From the NCBI GenBank assembly GCA_001587675.1, contig LNGD01000001.1:1-52116 (forward strand): DNA of 52,116 nt, read 5' to 3'. This document shows, piece by piece, positions 42,750 through 52,107 of the stretch. This DNA comes from Candidatus Methanofastidiosum methylothiophilum. GTDB taxonomy: Archaea; Methanobacteriota_B; Thermococci; Methanofastidiosales; Methanofastidiosaceae. Position 1 is the first letter of the stretch, and each line of letters opens with the position of its first letter. The translations under genes and the position numbers were made by a program. The notes beneath the pieces are model-generated. The model was not told the DNA's origin, ran no database searches, and was given only the letters and a program-made list of their open reading frames with translations.

Positions 42750-43667
42750 TTATCCTTTGATTAGGTATATAACGAATCCAAATACAAGAATTATTGAGAT
42801 TATAGATATAAAAATCAAAAAATAAAACATTAAAGGTGGAGAATTTTTCATCTCAACTTCATTTTTTTCCGTATCAAGATTGGATATATTTGATTCAGGT
42901 TCAACTATCTTTTCAATAATGTTAATCTTTATATTCTTGTATATTAAACCCTCATTTCCATTTATATCTTGAAATTTCACAACTATGATTGGGTTTAAGT
43001 TTATGTTAGAGAAATTCTTATCCAATGACACTAAAAGTACATTAGATGAATCTATTCCTGGATTAATATAAGGAATATTTATTTTTTCATCTGAAACAAT
43101 ATCTCCTTTTAATTCTACAGTGACATTTCTTATTTGAATATCTCCAATATTTTTTACAATAAATGGTATTTCTAGCTTCTCTCCACTTTCAATATTGTAT
43201 TCATTTTTATCAAGTTCAATAGTTGCTTCAGCTCTTTTTTCTTTTAGAGAAATGTTTACCGTCTTTTCTAGATAAAACGGCCTACATCCTCCTCTACACA
43301 TACCCTTTCCACATTTCAAAATTATTTTAAAACTGACTTGATCAATAGGTATTTCTTTATCAAAGGATAAGATAAAAGAGTCTTTTACACTTCTTCCAGG
43401 TTCAACTATTGAAAATTGAAAAGGATTGTTCTGATAATTTATTTCAGAGTGTATATAATTTTTGTATTTGTTGATAAATTCATCGTCTATAGATATTTTC
43501 CCATCCCACAGCCTGTCATTAGAGTTATTGATTATTTCAAATGTTATTCTAATCTCTTCTCCTTTTATTGATTCAGTTGGATAAGTTAAATTCATATCTA
43601 CATATTCTGCAACTACAGGTTGTATCAAAATAATTAGTAAAAAAAATACAATGGCTATCTTCTTCAT
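42750..43667 (-). CDS. COG1361/CARDB-like surface protein with C-x-x-G-C-R-P motif and C-terminal TM (paralog of 15682-16797)
   Basis: Signal peptide MKKIAIVFFLLIILIQPVVA, then GEEIRITFEIINNSNDRLWD, GKGMCRGGCRPFY and GEKLEIPFIVKNIGDIQIRNVTVEL. ATG 43667 (CGTGAT-TTT-ATG) is preferred to the track TTG 43718. Confidence 0.5.
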   Translation of the reverse strand: MKKIAIVFFLLIILIQPVVAEYVDMNLTYPTESIKGEEIRITFEIINNSNDRLWDGKISIDDEFINKYKNYIHSEINYQNNPFQFSIVEPGRSVKDSFILSFDKEIPIDQVSFKIILKCGKGMCRGGCRPFYLEKTVNISLKEKRAEATIELDKNEYNIESGEKLEIPFIVKNIGDIQIRNVTVELKGDIVSDEKINIPYINPGIDSSNVLLVSLDKNFSNINLNPIIVVKFQDINGNEGLIYKNIKINIIEKIVEPESNISNLDTEKNEVEMKNSPPLMFYFLIFISIISIILVFGFVIYLIKG

Positions 43668-43782
43668 AAAATCACGCTTAACAGGTATTAAAAACTTTGG
43701 ATTGATATCTAAACTCAAAGAACAAATCGATAATAAACTTTTTAAAGATAACTCTTTTCATCATCTTAAATGGTGAGTTTTT

Positions 43783-44049
43783 ATGGATGACAATCATAAA
43801 ATAGGTCTTGTTTTTGCGCTTACAGGATTAATAGCAGGAATAATCTCTGGATTTGGATACTTGCCAAAGGTAGCCGGAATGGATACTAGCATAGTAGTTG
43901 CAATTGTCATATTTTACGTTTCACAGTACCTAGTTAAAATGGTAGGCGTTGACATGACAAAATTCAGCAGGAGCAGTATCTTAAAATCAGGATTTTTTTC
44001 ATTTCTTGGCAGTTGGCTATTGTTTTGGATAATTATTTTTAACGCATAA
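43783..44049 (+). CDS. Small 3-TM membrane protein (possibly EMC6-like; unknown function)
   Basis: 88 aa with three hydrophobic segments, a GGTGAG SD, and a position immediately upstream of ABCE1. Confidence 0.4.
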   Translation: MDDNHKIGLVFALTGLIAGIISGFGYLPKVAGMDTSIVVAIVIFYVSQYLVKMVGVDMTKFSRSSILKSGFFSFLGSWLLFWIIIFNA

Positions 44050-44077
44050 TTATCATTAATTTTTTCAGGTGAAAGCT

Positions 44078-45853
44078 TTGAGAATTGCTGTAATAGATTA
44101 CGATAAATGTCAACCAAAAAAATGTAATCTAGTTTGCTTAAACTATTGCCCTGGGCCCAGAATGAACGAAGAAACTATAATAATTGATGAATTAACAAAA
44201 AAACCAATTATCTCTGAGGTCTTATGCACAGGCTGCGGCATATGTATTCATAAATGTCCATATAAGGCAATCTCAATAGTCAATTTACCTGAAGAACTTT
44301 CTCAACCTATTCACCAATACGGCCCAAATACCTTTAGACTCTATAGATTACCTGTCCCAAAAGAAGGGAAAGTATTGGGCTTAATCGGTCAAAATGGAGT
44401 TGGCAAAACTACAGCAATAAGAATACTTTCAGGAGAGCTTTACCCCAATGTCGGAGATTACAAATCCAAAGAGATGAAGGATTTAACACCATACTTCAGA
44501 GGTACTGAACTTCAAGGATATTTTGAAAAAATTAAGGCTAGAAATATCAAGAGTTCATTAAAACCTCAGTACGTTGATAAACTTCCTCAAGTTGCAAAAG
44601 GAAATACTGGAGATCTTATAGAAAAAGTTGATGAGAGAGGGATTTCCAAAGAATTAATAGAAGAACTTGATTTAAATGATGCCTTGGATAAAGACATTTC
44701 AGTATTAAGCGGGGGAGAGTTACAAAGAGTTGCAATAATAGCATCGATGTCTAAAGATGCAGATATATATTTTTTAGATGAGCCTACCTCTTATCTTGAT
44801 ATAAAACAGAGATTAAATGTTGCCAAAGCAATAAGAAAACTTGCTGAAGAAAAAACAGTTGTTGTTATTGAACATGACCTTGCTATTCTTGATTATCTAA
44901 GCGATTATATCCATATCTTATATGGGCAGCCTGGTGTCTATGGGATCGTTTCAACACCATTGAGTGTTAGAATTGGTATTAATATGTACCTTGATGGTTA
45001 CATTAAAGAGGATAATGTCAGATTTAGGAACGAATCAATCAAATTCTACCAAAAGGAAGATAAAACATCTAAATCAAAGAAAATACTATTCGAATACCCT
45101 GCATTTGAAAAAACTTTTGATAGCTTTTCTCTGAAAACTGAAAGTGGTGCTCTACACAAAGGTGAGGTTGTCGGGATTGTAGGTCCAAATGCTACTGGTA
45201 AAAGCACTTTCATCAAAATATTAGCAGGAGTCTTAGAACCTGACGGCGGTAATAAATTTGAATCTGAACTAAAAATATCTTATAAACCACAATACATCAA
45301 GCGAGATTATGACGGTACTGTGAGAAATCTACTATCAGAAGTTGCAAAAGAAAAACTCTATACAAATATATTCAAAGCAGAAATATTAAGGCCACTAGAA
45401 ATTGATCCAATTATTGATAACAATGTTTCTGAATTGTCAGGAGGAGAGTTACAGAGAGTAGCAATAGCAGTATGTCTTTCCCAGGATGCAGAAATATATC
45501 TTCTTGATGAGCCTTCAGCTTACCTTGATATTGAGCAGAGACTTAACTTTTCCAAAGTTCTAAGAAGATTTATTGGCGACAAAGAATTAACAGCGATTAT
45601 CGTTGAGCATGATCTAGTTTCATTAGATTACACATCCGATAGAACAATAGTATTCTCCGGTAGGTCAAGTGTATCTGGAAATGCTTCTTCACCACTATCA
45701 CTTAGAGATGGTATGAATCGATTCTTAGAAGAGATAGGGGTCACATTTAGAAGAGACCCCGAATCTGGAAGACCAAGATCCAATAAGATTGACTCACAAA
45801 AGGATAGAGAACAAAAATCGTCTGGAGAATATTACTACTTTAAGGCGGATTAA
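44078..45853 (+). CDS. ABCE1 / RNase L inhibitor-type ribosome recycling ATPase
   Basis: N-terminal 2x[4Fe-4S] domain (CQPKKCNLVCLNYCP; CTGCGICIHKCP), two ABC cassettes (GQNGVGKTT, GPNATGKST) and LSGGELQR twice. The TTG 44078 start gives M-RIAVIDYDKC. The track GTG 44069 lies inside the GGTGAA SD. Confidence 0.95.
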   Translation: MRIAVIDYDKCQPKKCNLVCLNYCPGPRMNEETIIIDELTKKPIISEVLCTGCGICIHKCPYKAISIVNLPEELSQPIHQYGPNTFRLYRLPVPKEGKVLGLIGQNGVGKTTAIRILSGELYPNVGDYKSKEMKDLTPYFRGTELQGYFEKIKARNIKSSLKPQYVDKLPQVAKGNTGDLIEKVDERGISKELIEELDLNDALDKDISVLSGGELQRVAIIASMSKDADIYFLDEPTSYLDIKQRLNVAKAIRKLAEEKTVVVIEHDLAILDYLSDYIHILYGQPGVYGIVSTPLSVRIGINMYLDGYIKEDNVRFRNESIKFYQKEDKTSKSKKILFEYPAFEKTFDSFSLKTESGALHKGEVVGIVGPNATGKSTFIKILAGVLEPDGGNKFESELKISYKPQYIKRDYDGTVRNLLSEVAKEKLYTNIFKAEILRPLEIDPIIDNNVSELSGGELQRVAIAVCLSQDAEIYLLDEPSAYLDIEQRLNFSKVLRRFIGDKELTAIIVEHDLVSLDYTSDRTIVFSGRSSVSGNASSPLSLRDGMNRFLEEIGVTFRRDPESGRPRSNKIDSQKDREQKSSGEYYYFKAD

Positions 45854-45857
45854 TTTG

Positions 45858-46247
45858 TTATAAAATTTCAACTATACCTCTGTCACCATCAACTCTAATC
45901 TTTTTTCCATCTTCTAGTATATCCAATTCTATTTTGTCAACCATTGGTATATCAGAAATAATTGCCCCTACTGCAACTATTGTTTCTGCTTCTTTATTGA
46001 TTATTGCAATAGGTGCAACTCCATTTTTCTTTAACTGGTATATGACATATGAACCCACAGTGGAGCCTTTTCCCATCGGGAAAACAAATATTTTATCTTT
46101 GATACTTTTCCCAAATGCATTTGAGTTTTTGTCCAATACAATACCTGTTTTTGGGTCAATGCCTCCGAGAAAAGAAATTGGAGAAGTACTCTTTAGTACT
46201 TCACCCTCTGCTATGCCTTTTGAGATCTTCCGCCCTTTTAGGATCAT
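45858..46247 (-). CDS. Aconitase-X swivel-domain protein (DUF126; putative phosphomevalonate dehydratase small subunit)
   Basis: GKGIAEGEVL...SFLGGIDPKTG...FVFPMGKGSTVGSYVIYQLKKNGVAPIAII is the DUF126/AcnX small-subunit pattern. Confidence 0.75.
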   Translation of the reverse strand: MILKGRKISKGIAEGEVLKSTSPISFLGGIDPKTGIVLDKNSNAFGKSIKDKIFVFPMGKGSTVGSYVIYQLKKNGVAPIAIINKEAETIVAVGAIISDIPMVDKIELDILEDGKKIRVDGDRGIVEIL

Positions 46248-49087
46248 TTGTTTCCCTCTAGGGATTCAAGTTTGTTTAGTATTGAAATAATTTCTTCAGT
46301 AAGTTTATTGTATTCTGTAGATTTTGGGTCTAAAGACTGTCTTTGGATATAGATTTTAATAAGTGATGCTAACAATTCCTCTTTTTCTCCAGTCGGCTGA
46401 ACAGTTGGCTTGCCATCAGTTGGTGGTGAAGTAATCTCAGTTTGGGTAACTTTTGTAAATAAATCTTTTAGAGCATCATCAACAGTTTGTCCTCGGCCAA
46501 ATGTCATAGATCTAGGTTCAATTGCCACAACATCCCATAGATTAACAGATTCTGCTCTCTGAACATAAACAGAAAGTAAGTATAGGGGAACTACTCTGTC
46601 TTTGTATCTGAATGGATAAAGTATCATGTTACCTTGGCCCTTAGTTTCACCAAGAAGTCTAAACTGCTCTTGATATTCGCTGTTCATGAATTCTTGTGTA
46701 ATTCTTTTTCCGGTGATATTTTCTCCAGATATGTCAATAGCGTAGAACTTTGTTTCAGAACTTACATCATCGATATACCCATACATAAGTGTTGTAAGCT
46801 CCTTTGACTCAGCTCTTCTAAGTACCATCTGAACAAATGTTGAATATTCAAAATCATCTGTTACGGGATTCTGGGCTATAATATTGTATATGAAGTCAGT
46901 ATATCTGCCAATATTGTCACCAAGGTCAAATTCATAGAACTTTGTAGCTTCAATGTATTCTTTTGGATCTGTAATGTGATAAGTTGTGTAGGCATCAGAT
47001 ACATAATAGAAGTAATCATCAGGAGCTCTTAACTGCGACCTAATCTCATCAGGAATTTCGCTACCGTCTTTAATCCATGGGTATATCCTTAAATATATTT
47101 TTTTAAATACATCTTCTGGCCCTACATAATAAACCGTAACGTCTCCAGTTTTCATATTTGTTAATACTTTAGCTACATTTCTCTTGTAATCTAGATTTAC
47201 GTAAGGCATATATGAAGCCGAATCAATTCTTAAATTGTAATCAGTTAAGAAATAGGGCTCTCCTTTGTACAAAACAATGTAGCTATCAAGGTCTCTCTCA
47301 AACTCGCTTGGCAAATACAATGCGTTCCTGTCATTTAAAGACCTGTAAGGGACATAATCAAGTGATGAGTATTCAGACCAGACACCATAACCTTCCAGTC
47401 TGAAAAGCATCAATCCGCTGACATTTATTGTCTTAGTGTTTAAGGTGGTAATGTCATCTCCTAAATTTGTTTTTCTATCTTTTGTCATGTACATATTTGT
47501 TTCATAGGAATTAGTTATGATATTTTCACTTTCCTCTCCATCAGAATATACATACTCAGTTTGACCTTCACCAAAATAGGTCTTGTAAGGCGCATTTACT
47601 ATTTCTTTTGTGTTTGAATCCATCAGTATTATTTCATCTGTTCCAACATAGAATAAGTTTTGATTATAGAAGTTATCCGTAACTGGTGATTCGGGCTTTA
47701 TTGTTTTATAAGTTGCCCATAGTATTTTTTCTTCCTTCGGGTCTAGTAATAGGTCAGTATCTGCTATTAGGTAGTATCTGGGCCCTAATTTTGGTCTTGC
47801 AAGAACATATGCTGTTACATAATCCCATACCCTAACTCTATCAATAAGATACCTATTCTCTTTTAAGAAATCCTGGAATACTATGTTCTTAAGATTCTCC
47901 TGAGGCAATATATCTGCCCTAACTCTTTCAACGTTATCAACATAAGATACCCACCTGTTTGAATCAATTTCACGTTGTATATAAGGGGTGTTCAATAAGG
48001 GGTTTCCTGCAACGCTTCTATCAAGCAAAAATCCCTTTGTAGCAGCTGCAACTGTTGGAGATATAATTAGAAGTATAATCAATATTGCTATTATCCCGCG
48101 TTTGCTAAGGAACTTATTTCTGTAATCTTGAATGTTTTCATCTGAGAATCTCATATCAAATAGATTCTTCAAAGTAGGTATGAAAAGGATGCTTATTACG
48201 AGCAAGGCCGCTTTGATTATTCCTGGCATAAATAATGAAACAAGAGATATGCCACTCATTATGCCAAGTTCTGTCCTGTCCCTAGAAACAACTAAATTCA
48301 TTATGCCTATCCCAACTAGAATAGCAGATTCAACTATCCAGCCAATTCTAAGGAAATCAAGTATACCAAATTTAACATAATCTGGGTTTTGTATGTAGAA
48401 ATTGAAAAGATTGCTAAAGAATAGAAGAACTGCAAATAGTAGCAGTGAAATGAAAAGAATCCCAGCAGTAAGAGTCATATGTGTTTTTTCTAGGACCACT
48501 TCTTTTTTATCTTCTTCAAAATGGCTGCTTAATTTCTTTGCCCTTTCAATGAACAAGTTAACAATGTACGGTACCGCAACAACAAGTGTTAGTAAAAAAA
48601 GTAATCCTCTTCCAATATTAATCATATTAACGTAAAGGTAGCTTTGGTAGAAGCTATCCGTATTATAAATAAAGTCCATTATGAGCGGCCTTGTTATTTC
48701 AGGTAATTCTTGGAGGTAAATAGAATATCTTAGGTATAAAAATGGCACCGGCACAAAAAGAAATATCAAAAAGAAAAGAATTAGATAAATCAATTTTCCA
48801 GCTGCATTTTTCCCGATCTCGTTTTTTACTATATTCCTTAAAGGAGTGACAAAAAACATTATCAAGAAAAGTATAGATGCTATGAGGAGACTCCAGATTA
48901 GCCCTATCAAATACAGAGATAATTTAACCATAAATTGTTCATTAAACAAAGTGTATAATACTTTGAAGTTAAAGTAAAGGGGTAAAGCAAAAAAGTAGCC
49001 AACTATCAAGGCAATAATAATGAGATAAATTATTCCTTTTGGATTAAAACTTCTTTTCTTCTCAACAGTATTAGAATTTTTCTTCAT
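46244..49087 (-). CDS. UPF0182-family large membrane protein (N-terminal multi-TM, large extracytoplasmic domain)
   Basis: 947 aa with about 7-8 N-terminal TM segments. The C-terminal blocks LRAPDDYFYYVSDAYTTYHITDPKEY, GNMILYPFRYKDRVVPLYLLSVYVQ and ...GQTVDDALKDLF resemble conserved UPF0182 (COG1615) motifs. Confidence 0.6.
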   Translation of the reverse strand: MKKNSNTVEKKRSFNPKGIIYLIIIALIVGYFFALPLYFNFKVLYTLFNEQFMVKLSLYLIGLIWSLLIASILFLIMFFVTPLRNIVKNEIGKNAAGKLIYLILFFLIFLFVPVPFLYLRYSIYLQELPEITRPLIMDFIYNTDSFYQSYLYVNMINIGRGLLFLLTLVVAVPYIVNLFIERAKKLSSHFEEDKKEVVLEKTHMTLTAGILFISLLLFAVLLFFSNLFNFYIQNPDYVKFGILDFLRIGWIVESAILVGIGIMNLVVSRDRTELGIMSGISLVSLFMPGIIKAALLVISILFIPTLKNLFDMRFSDENIQDYRNKFLSKRGIIAILIILLIISPTVAAATKGFLLDRSVAGNPLLNTPYIQREIDSNRWVSYVDNVERVRADILPQENLKNIVFQDFLKENRYLIDRVRVWDYVTAYVLARPKLGPRYYLIADTDLLLDPKEEKILWATYKTIKPESPVTDNFYNQNLFYVGTDEIILMDSNTKEIVNAPYKTYFGEGQTEYVYSDGEESENIITNSYETNMYMTKDRKTNLGDDITTLNTKTINVSGLMLFRLEGYGVWSEYSSLDYVPYRSLNDRNALYLPSEFERDLDSYIVLYKGEPYFLTDYNLRIDSASYMPYVNLDYKRNVAKVLTNMKTGDVTVYYVGPEDVFKKIYLRIYPWIKDGSEIPDEIRSQLRAPDDYFYYVSDAYTTYHITDPKEYIEATKFYEFDLGDNIGRYTDFIYNIIAQNPVTDDFEYSTFVQMVLRRAESKELTTLMYGYIDDVSSETKFYAIDISGENITGKRITQEFMNSEYQEQFRLLGETKGQGNMILYPFRYKDRVVPLYLLSVYVQRAESVNLWDVVAIEPRSMTFGRGQTVDDALKDLFTKVTQTEITSPPTDGKPTVQPTGEKEELLASLIKIYIQRQSLDPKSTEYNKLTEEIISILNKLESLEGNK

Positions 49088-49206
49088 AAAATACTATTGG
49101 GTTTATCATTTAAATAATTTACCGGCTTAATCAAATGCTTTAATACTAGATTATCTTATTATACCTGTTACAAATCATATATAGTTAGTTATTTGTGGAG
49201 ATTAAC

Positions 49207-49504
49207 ATGAAGATTTCTAATAATAATCGAAAAGAACTATATTCTACAATTGAAGAATTTTTAAAAAAAAGGTGCTAACAAAATCTCTATTTTTGGCTCG
49301 TATTCAAGAGGAGAAGAAACAGATAGTAGCGATATCGATATACTAGTTACATTTTCTGAAAGGAAGAGTTTATTTGATTTAGTAGAAATTGAATATGAAC
49401 TTGAAGAATTAATTGGGATCAAAGTTGATTTGTTAACTGAGAAGTCTATAAGCCCCTATATAATTGATTATATCCGAAAGCAAATGGTAGTGTTATACGA
49501 ATGA
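49207..49504 (+). pseudogene. mntA: MNT-type nucleotidyltransferase antitoxin, frameshifted in an A8 run
   Basis: Frame 1 gives MKISNNNRKELYSTIEEFLKKRC and stops at 49276. The next frame, open from 49265, gives KKGANKISIFGSYSRGEETDSSDIDILVTFSE...KVDLLTEKSI..., with the GS-x9-DxD nucleotidyltransferase motif. Removing one A from the A8 run at 49263-49270 restores a single 98-codon ORF. Its stop overlaps the hepT ATG (ATGA). Confidence 0.75.
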
Positions 49505-49848
49505 AAAAGAACATTTTATACCTTAAACACATATTAGACTCTATTGAAAGAATAGAAGAATATATTAGAGGAGTTGACTATGAAGATTTTATGGAAAGTT
49601 CGTTAATACAAGCTGCTACTATAAGAGAAATAGAGATAATTGGAGAAGCAACAAAAAATTTAGATGTGAAATTTAGAGAGAAGTATAATACTCTTCCATT
49701 GAGAAAAATGTCCGGAATGGGGGATAAACTTATTCATGACTATTTTGGTGTTGATTTAGATGCTGTTTGGGATACTGTAACTATAGACCTTCCTCCTCTA
49801 AAAGATAAAATCATTAGTATCCTAGAGGAGATTGAGTTATTATCTTAA
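49501..49848 (+). CDS. hepT: HepT (DUF86/HEPN) toxin homolog with substituted catalytic Arg
   Basis: IQAATIREIEIIGEATKNL and ...GMGDKLIHDYFGVDLDAVW... match the DUF86 pattern, except that the R-x4-H-x-Y motif (usually GMRN.L.H.Y) reads GMGDKLIHDY. Confidence 0.75.
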   Translation: MKKNILYLKHILDSIERIEEYIRGVDYEDFMESSLIQAATIREIEIIGEATKNLDVKFREKYNTLPLRKMSGMGDKLIHDYFGVDLDAVWDTVTIDLPPLKDKIISILEEIELLS

Positions 49849-50787
49849 AGAAACATCACCGGAATAAACTCTAATTTCTTTTTCATTGGTTTCTAATATA
49901 AGTGCCCCATTTTCATCAATGTCTTTTGCCAAGCCTTCATAAGTTTCATTGATTCCAATTATCTTAACCTTTTTTCCAAGAGTATCAGAATTTTTCTTCC
50001 ACCTTTCAATTATTTGGTCTATCCCACCATTTAGATATTCTAAGTATAATTTATCATAATGATTAAAAAAAGACTTTAAAAATTGCTTAACTGGCACCTG
50101 CTCTTTTGTTTCTATCTCTAGAGAAGTCGCATTTTCTGGTAAATTTTCAATTGTGGAGTTTAGATTGACCCCCACCCCAACAACAACATAGTTTATCTTT
50201 TCCATATCCGCTGATAGTTCAGTAAGTATTCCTGATATTTTTCTACCAGATATTAGAATATCATTTGGCCATTTAATTTTTGCATTCAATCCATTATGAA
50301 TTGTATTCAGAGTTTCTACAAGTGCCAACGAAGATATCAATGTCATCTGGGGTGCCCTCTCTGGAGAAACATTTGGTTTTAGAATAAATGATATCGCAAT
50401 TCCTCCTTCTGGAGACTCCCAGTTCCTCCCACGTCTGCCCCTGCCAGAGGTCTGCTTTTCAGAAATTACAACTGTCCCCTCTTTTTCTTCTAATGCAATC
50501 TGCTTTGCTCTATTATTTGTAGAATCTACTTCTTTTAAGAAAAGAATCTTTTTACCGATGATCTTTGTATTAAGTAATCTTTCAAGTTCATATTGGATTT
50601 GACTATCCGGAGTTTTAATTAGCTTGTAGCCTTCATTTGTCTTTGATTCAATCTCATAACCAAGCTCTCGAAGTTTCTGAATATGCTTCCAAATAGCAGC
50701 TCGTGAAATTCCTAATTCTTTCGATATTTCCTCCCCTGAAACAAAAGTTGATCTTTTTTCAAGGATTTCAAGAATTTTTGATTTCAT
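49840..50787 (-). CDS. birA: Bifunctional biotin-protein ligase / biotin operon repressor
   Basis: N-terminal HTH (VSGEEISKELGISRAAIWKHIQKLRELG) and the biotin-ligase motif GRGRRGRNWESPEGG. GGTGAA-GTA-ATG start. Confidence 0.9.
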   Translation of the reverse strand: MKSKILEILEKRSTFVSGEEISKELGISRAAIWKHIQKLRELGYEIESKTNEGYKLIKTPDSQIQYELERLLNTKIIGKKILFLKEVDSTNNRAKQIALEEKEGTVVISEKQTSGRGRRGRNWESPEGGIAISFILKPNVSPERAPQMTLISSLALVETLNTIHNGLNAKIKWPNDILISGRKISGILTELSADMEKINYVVVGVGVNLNSTIENLPENATSLEIETKEQVPVKQFLKSFFNHYDKLYLEYLNGGIDQIIERWKKNSDTLGKKVKIIGINETYEGLAKDIDENGALILETNEKEIRVYSGDVSLR

Positions 50788-51320
50788 TACTTCACCGATG
50801 AAAAATTAAAATGGATCTCAGCACCAGTATTTAAGAGAATAGAGAGCCTATGGTCTCCAGCTTCATTAAATTTAATCTCATTATAAAGGATTTTTTTCTC
50901 ATTTGATCTGACTGATTCTTTCCCTTCAAGTATTTTTTTGTCATCAATAAGAATTGTATAAGAATAATCTTTATCGGACCCTTCTACGTTCTCAATGGTA
51001 TACTCAAAGAAAATTAATCCATTCACTTTCTTTGTATAGTTATATAAAAGAATAGAATCGTTATTAATCATCCCAATGGTATAACCTTTTCCGTTTATGA
51101 AAAAAGAGTCTCCAACATTGTACTGGCTGTCATTTAAAGTTATATTTCCTTCATTTACTTTTATTCCATATTCGTTATTTTTCTCAAGGATTTTAGTATT
51201 AAAGTAAATCTTTGTGAAATGGTCTTCTTGAATTTTAACTTCACTGAAGGACAAAAGAACAAATGCTGAAACAAATATGAATGAAAATGCTATTGCATAA
51301 AAGAAATATCTTTCATTCAA
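50787..51320 (-). CDS. Membrane-anchored hypothetical protein (N-terminal TM, beta-rich ectodomain)
   Basis: 177 aa with a single N-terminal TM segment (FFYAIAFSFIFVSAFVLLSF). Its stop shares one nt with the birA ATG (TAATG), and its start overlaps the upstream gene by 8 nt. Confidence 0.45.
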   Translation of the reverse strand: MNERYFFYAIAFSFIFVSAFVLLSFSEVKIQEDHFTKIYFNTKILEKNNEYGIKVNEGNITLNDSQYNVGDSFFINGKGYTIGMINNDSILLYNYTKKVNGLIFFEYTIENVEGSDKDYSYTILIDDKKILEGKESVRSNEKKILYNEIKFNEAGDHRLSILLNTGAEIHFNFSSVK

Positions 51321-52107
51321 TTAACTCAAATCCATCTTCCTTTGATTTTATTTTATTTTCGTCAATGAGGTCCTTTATTGCAAGTTCAACATCAAGCTCA
51401 TCTATGCTCAAAACATTTGATATTTCAGACTTCGATATTTTAGGATCGGTCTTTAATAGATCATAGACATTTTCCTTAATCTTTTCTTCATCTAGATCAT
51501 CGAAGAAGGAAATTTCATCTTTGTCCTTTGATATTTCATTGGTAATTTTCTCTTCTGATACTTCTTCCATCAAATCTTCAATTTCTTGCTCATTTAATAT
51601 TTCTTCAACTTCGCTGATCTTGACTTCCTCAGTTGTTTCATATTCAATCTCATCTTTTTTATATGAATCTTCTTTAGTAGTTGGTGGCTGAGAAGTATCT
51701 ACCTTTGATTCATATTCAAATGAAAGGCCCCTTTCCATTAGTTCCTTTATTCTTTTAGAAAGCTCCAATTCTCTGTAAATCCAGTAGTCTGGTGTAACGG
51801 CAATTATCATATCTGGCACAATATAGAGTTCGTCTTGAAATTCTCCTACCCTTCCAATTATGTCTACAATCTCGCCTTCCTTAAATTTATTTAGAATCTC
51901 AATTTTATCTGACCATGCCTTTAATCTAGTTGTGGCAGTTCCATCATCTATTGTAAGTGAGCCATAGGTATTTTCACTATTCCTGTAAGAGCCAATTATT
52001 GTTCCAAGGATTCTAGCTTCTTTGGATTCCCCAAAGGGAGTAGATAGAACAACTCCGCCCATCGAATCATTTTTTAACTTACCGTTGACAAGGTCAATAA
52101 TCCTCAT
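51313..52107 (-). CDS. OB-fold plus C-terminal winged-helix protein (RPA32/Stn1-like architecture)
   Basis: EARILGTIIGSYRN...GSLTIDDGTATTRLKAW...EGEIVDIIGRVGEFQDELYIVPDMI is an OB-fold (tRNA_anti-like) pattern. It is followed by a long acidic linker and a C-terminal wH-like ISKSEISNVLSIDELDVELAIKDLIDENKI. Confidence 0.4.
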   Translation of the reverse strand: MRIIDLVNGKLKNDSMGGVVLSTPFGESKEARILGTIIGSYRNSENTYGSLTIDDGTATTRLKAWSDKIEILNKFKEGEIVDIIGRVGEFQDELYIVPDMIIAVTPDYWIYRELELSKRIKELMERGLSFEYESKVDTSQPPTTKEDSYKKDEIEYETTEEVKISEVEEILNEQEIEDLMEEVSEEKITNEISKDKDEISFFDDLDEEKIKENVYDLLKTDPKISKSEISNVLSIDELDVELAIKDLIDENKIKSKEDGFELIE

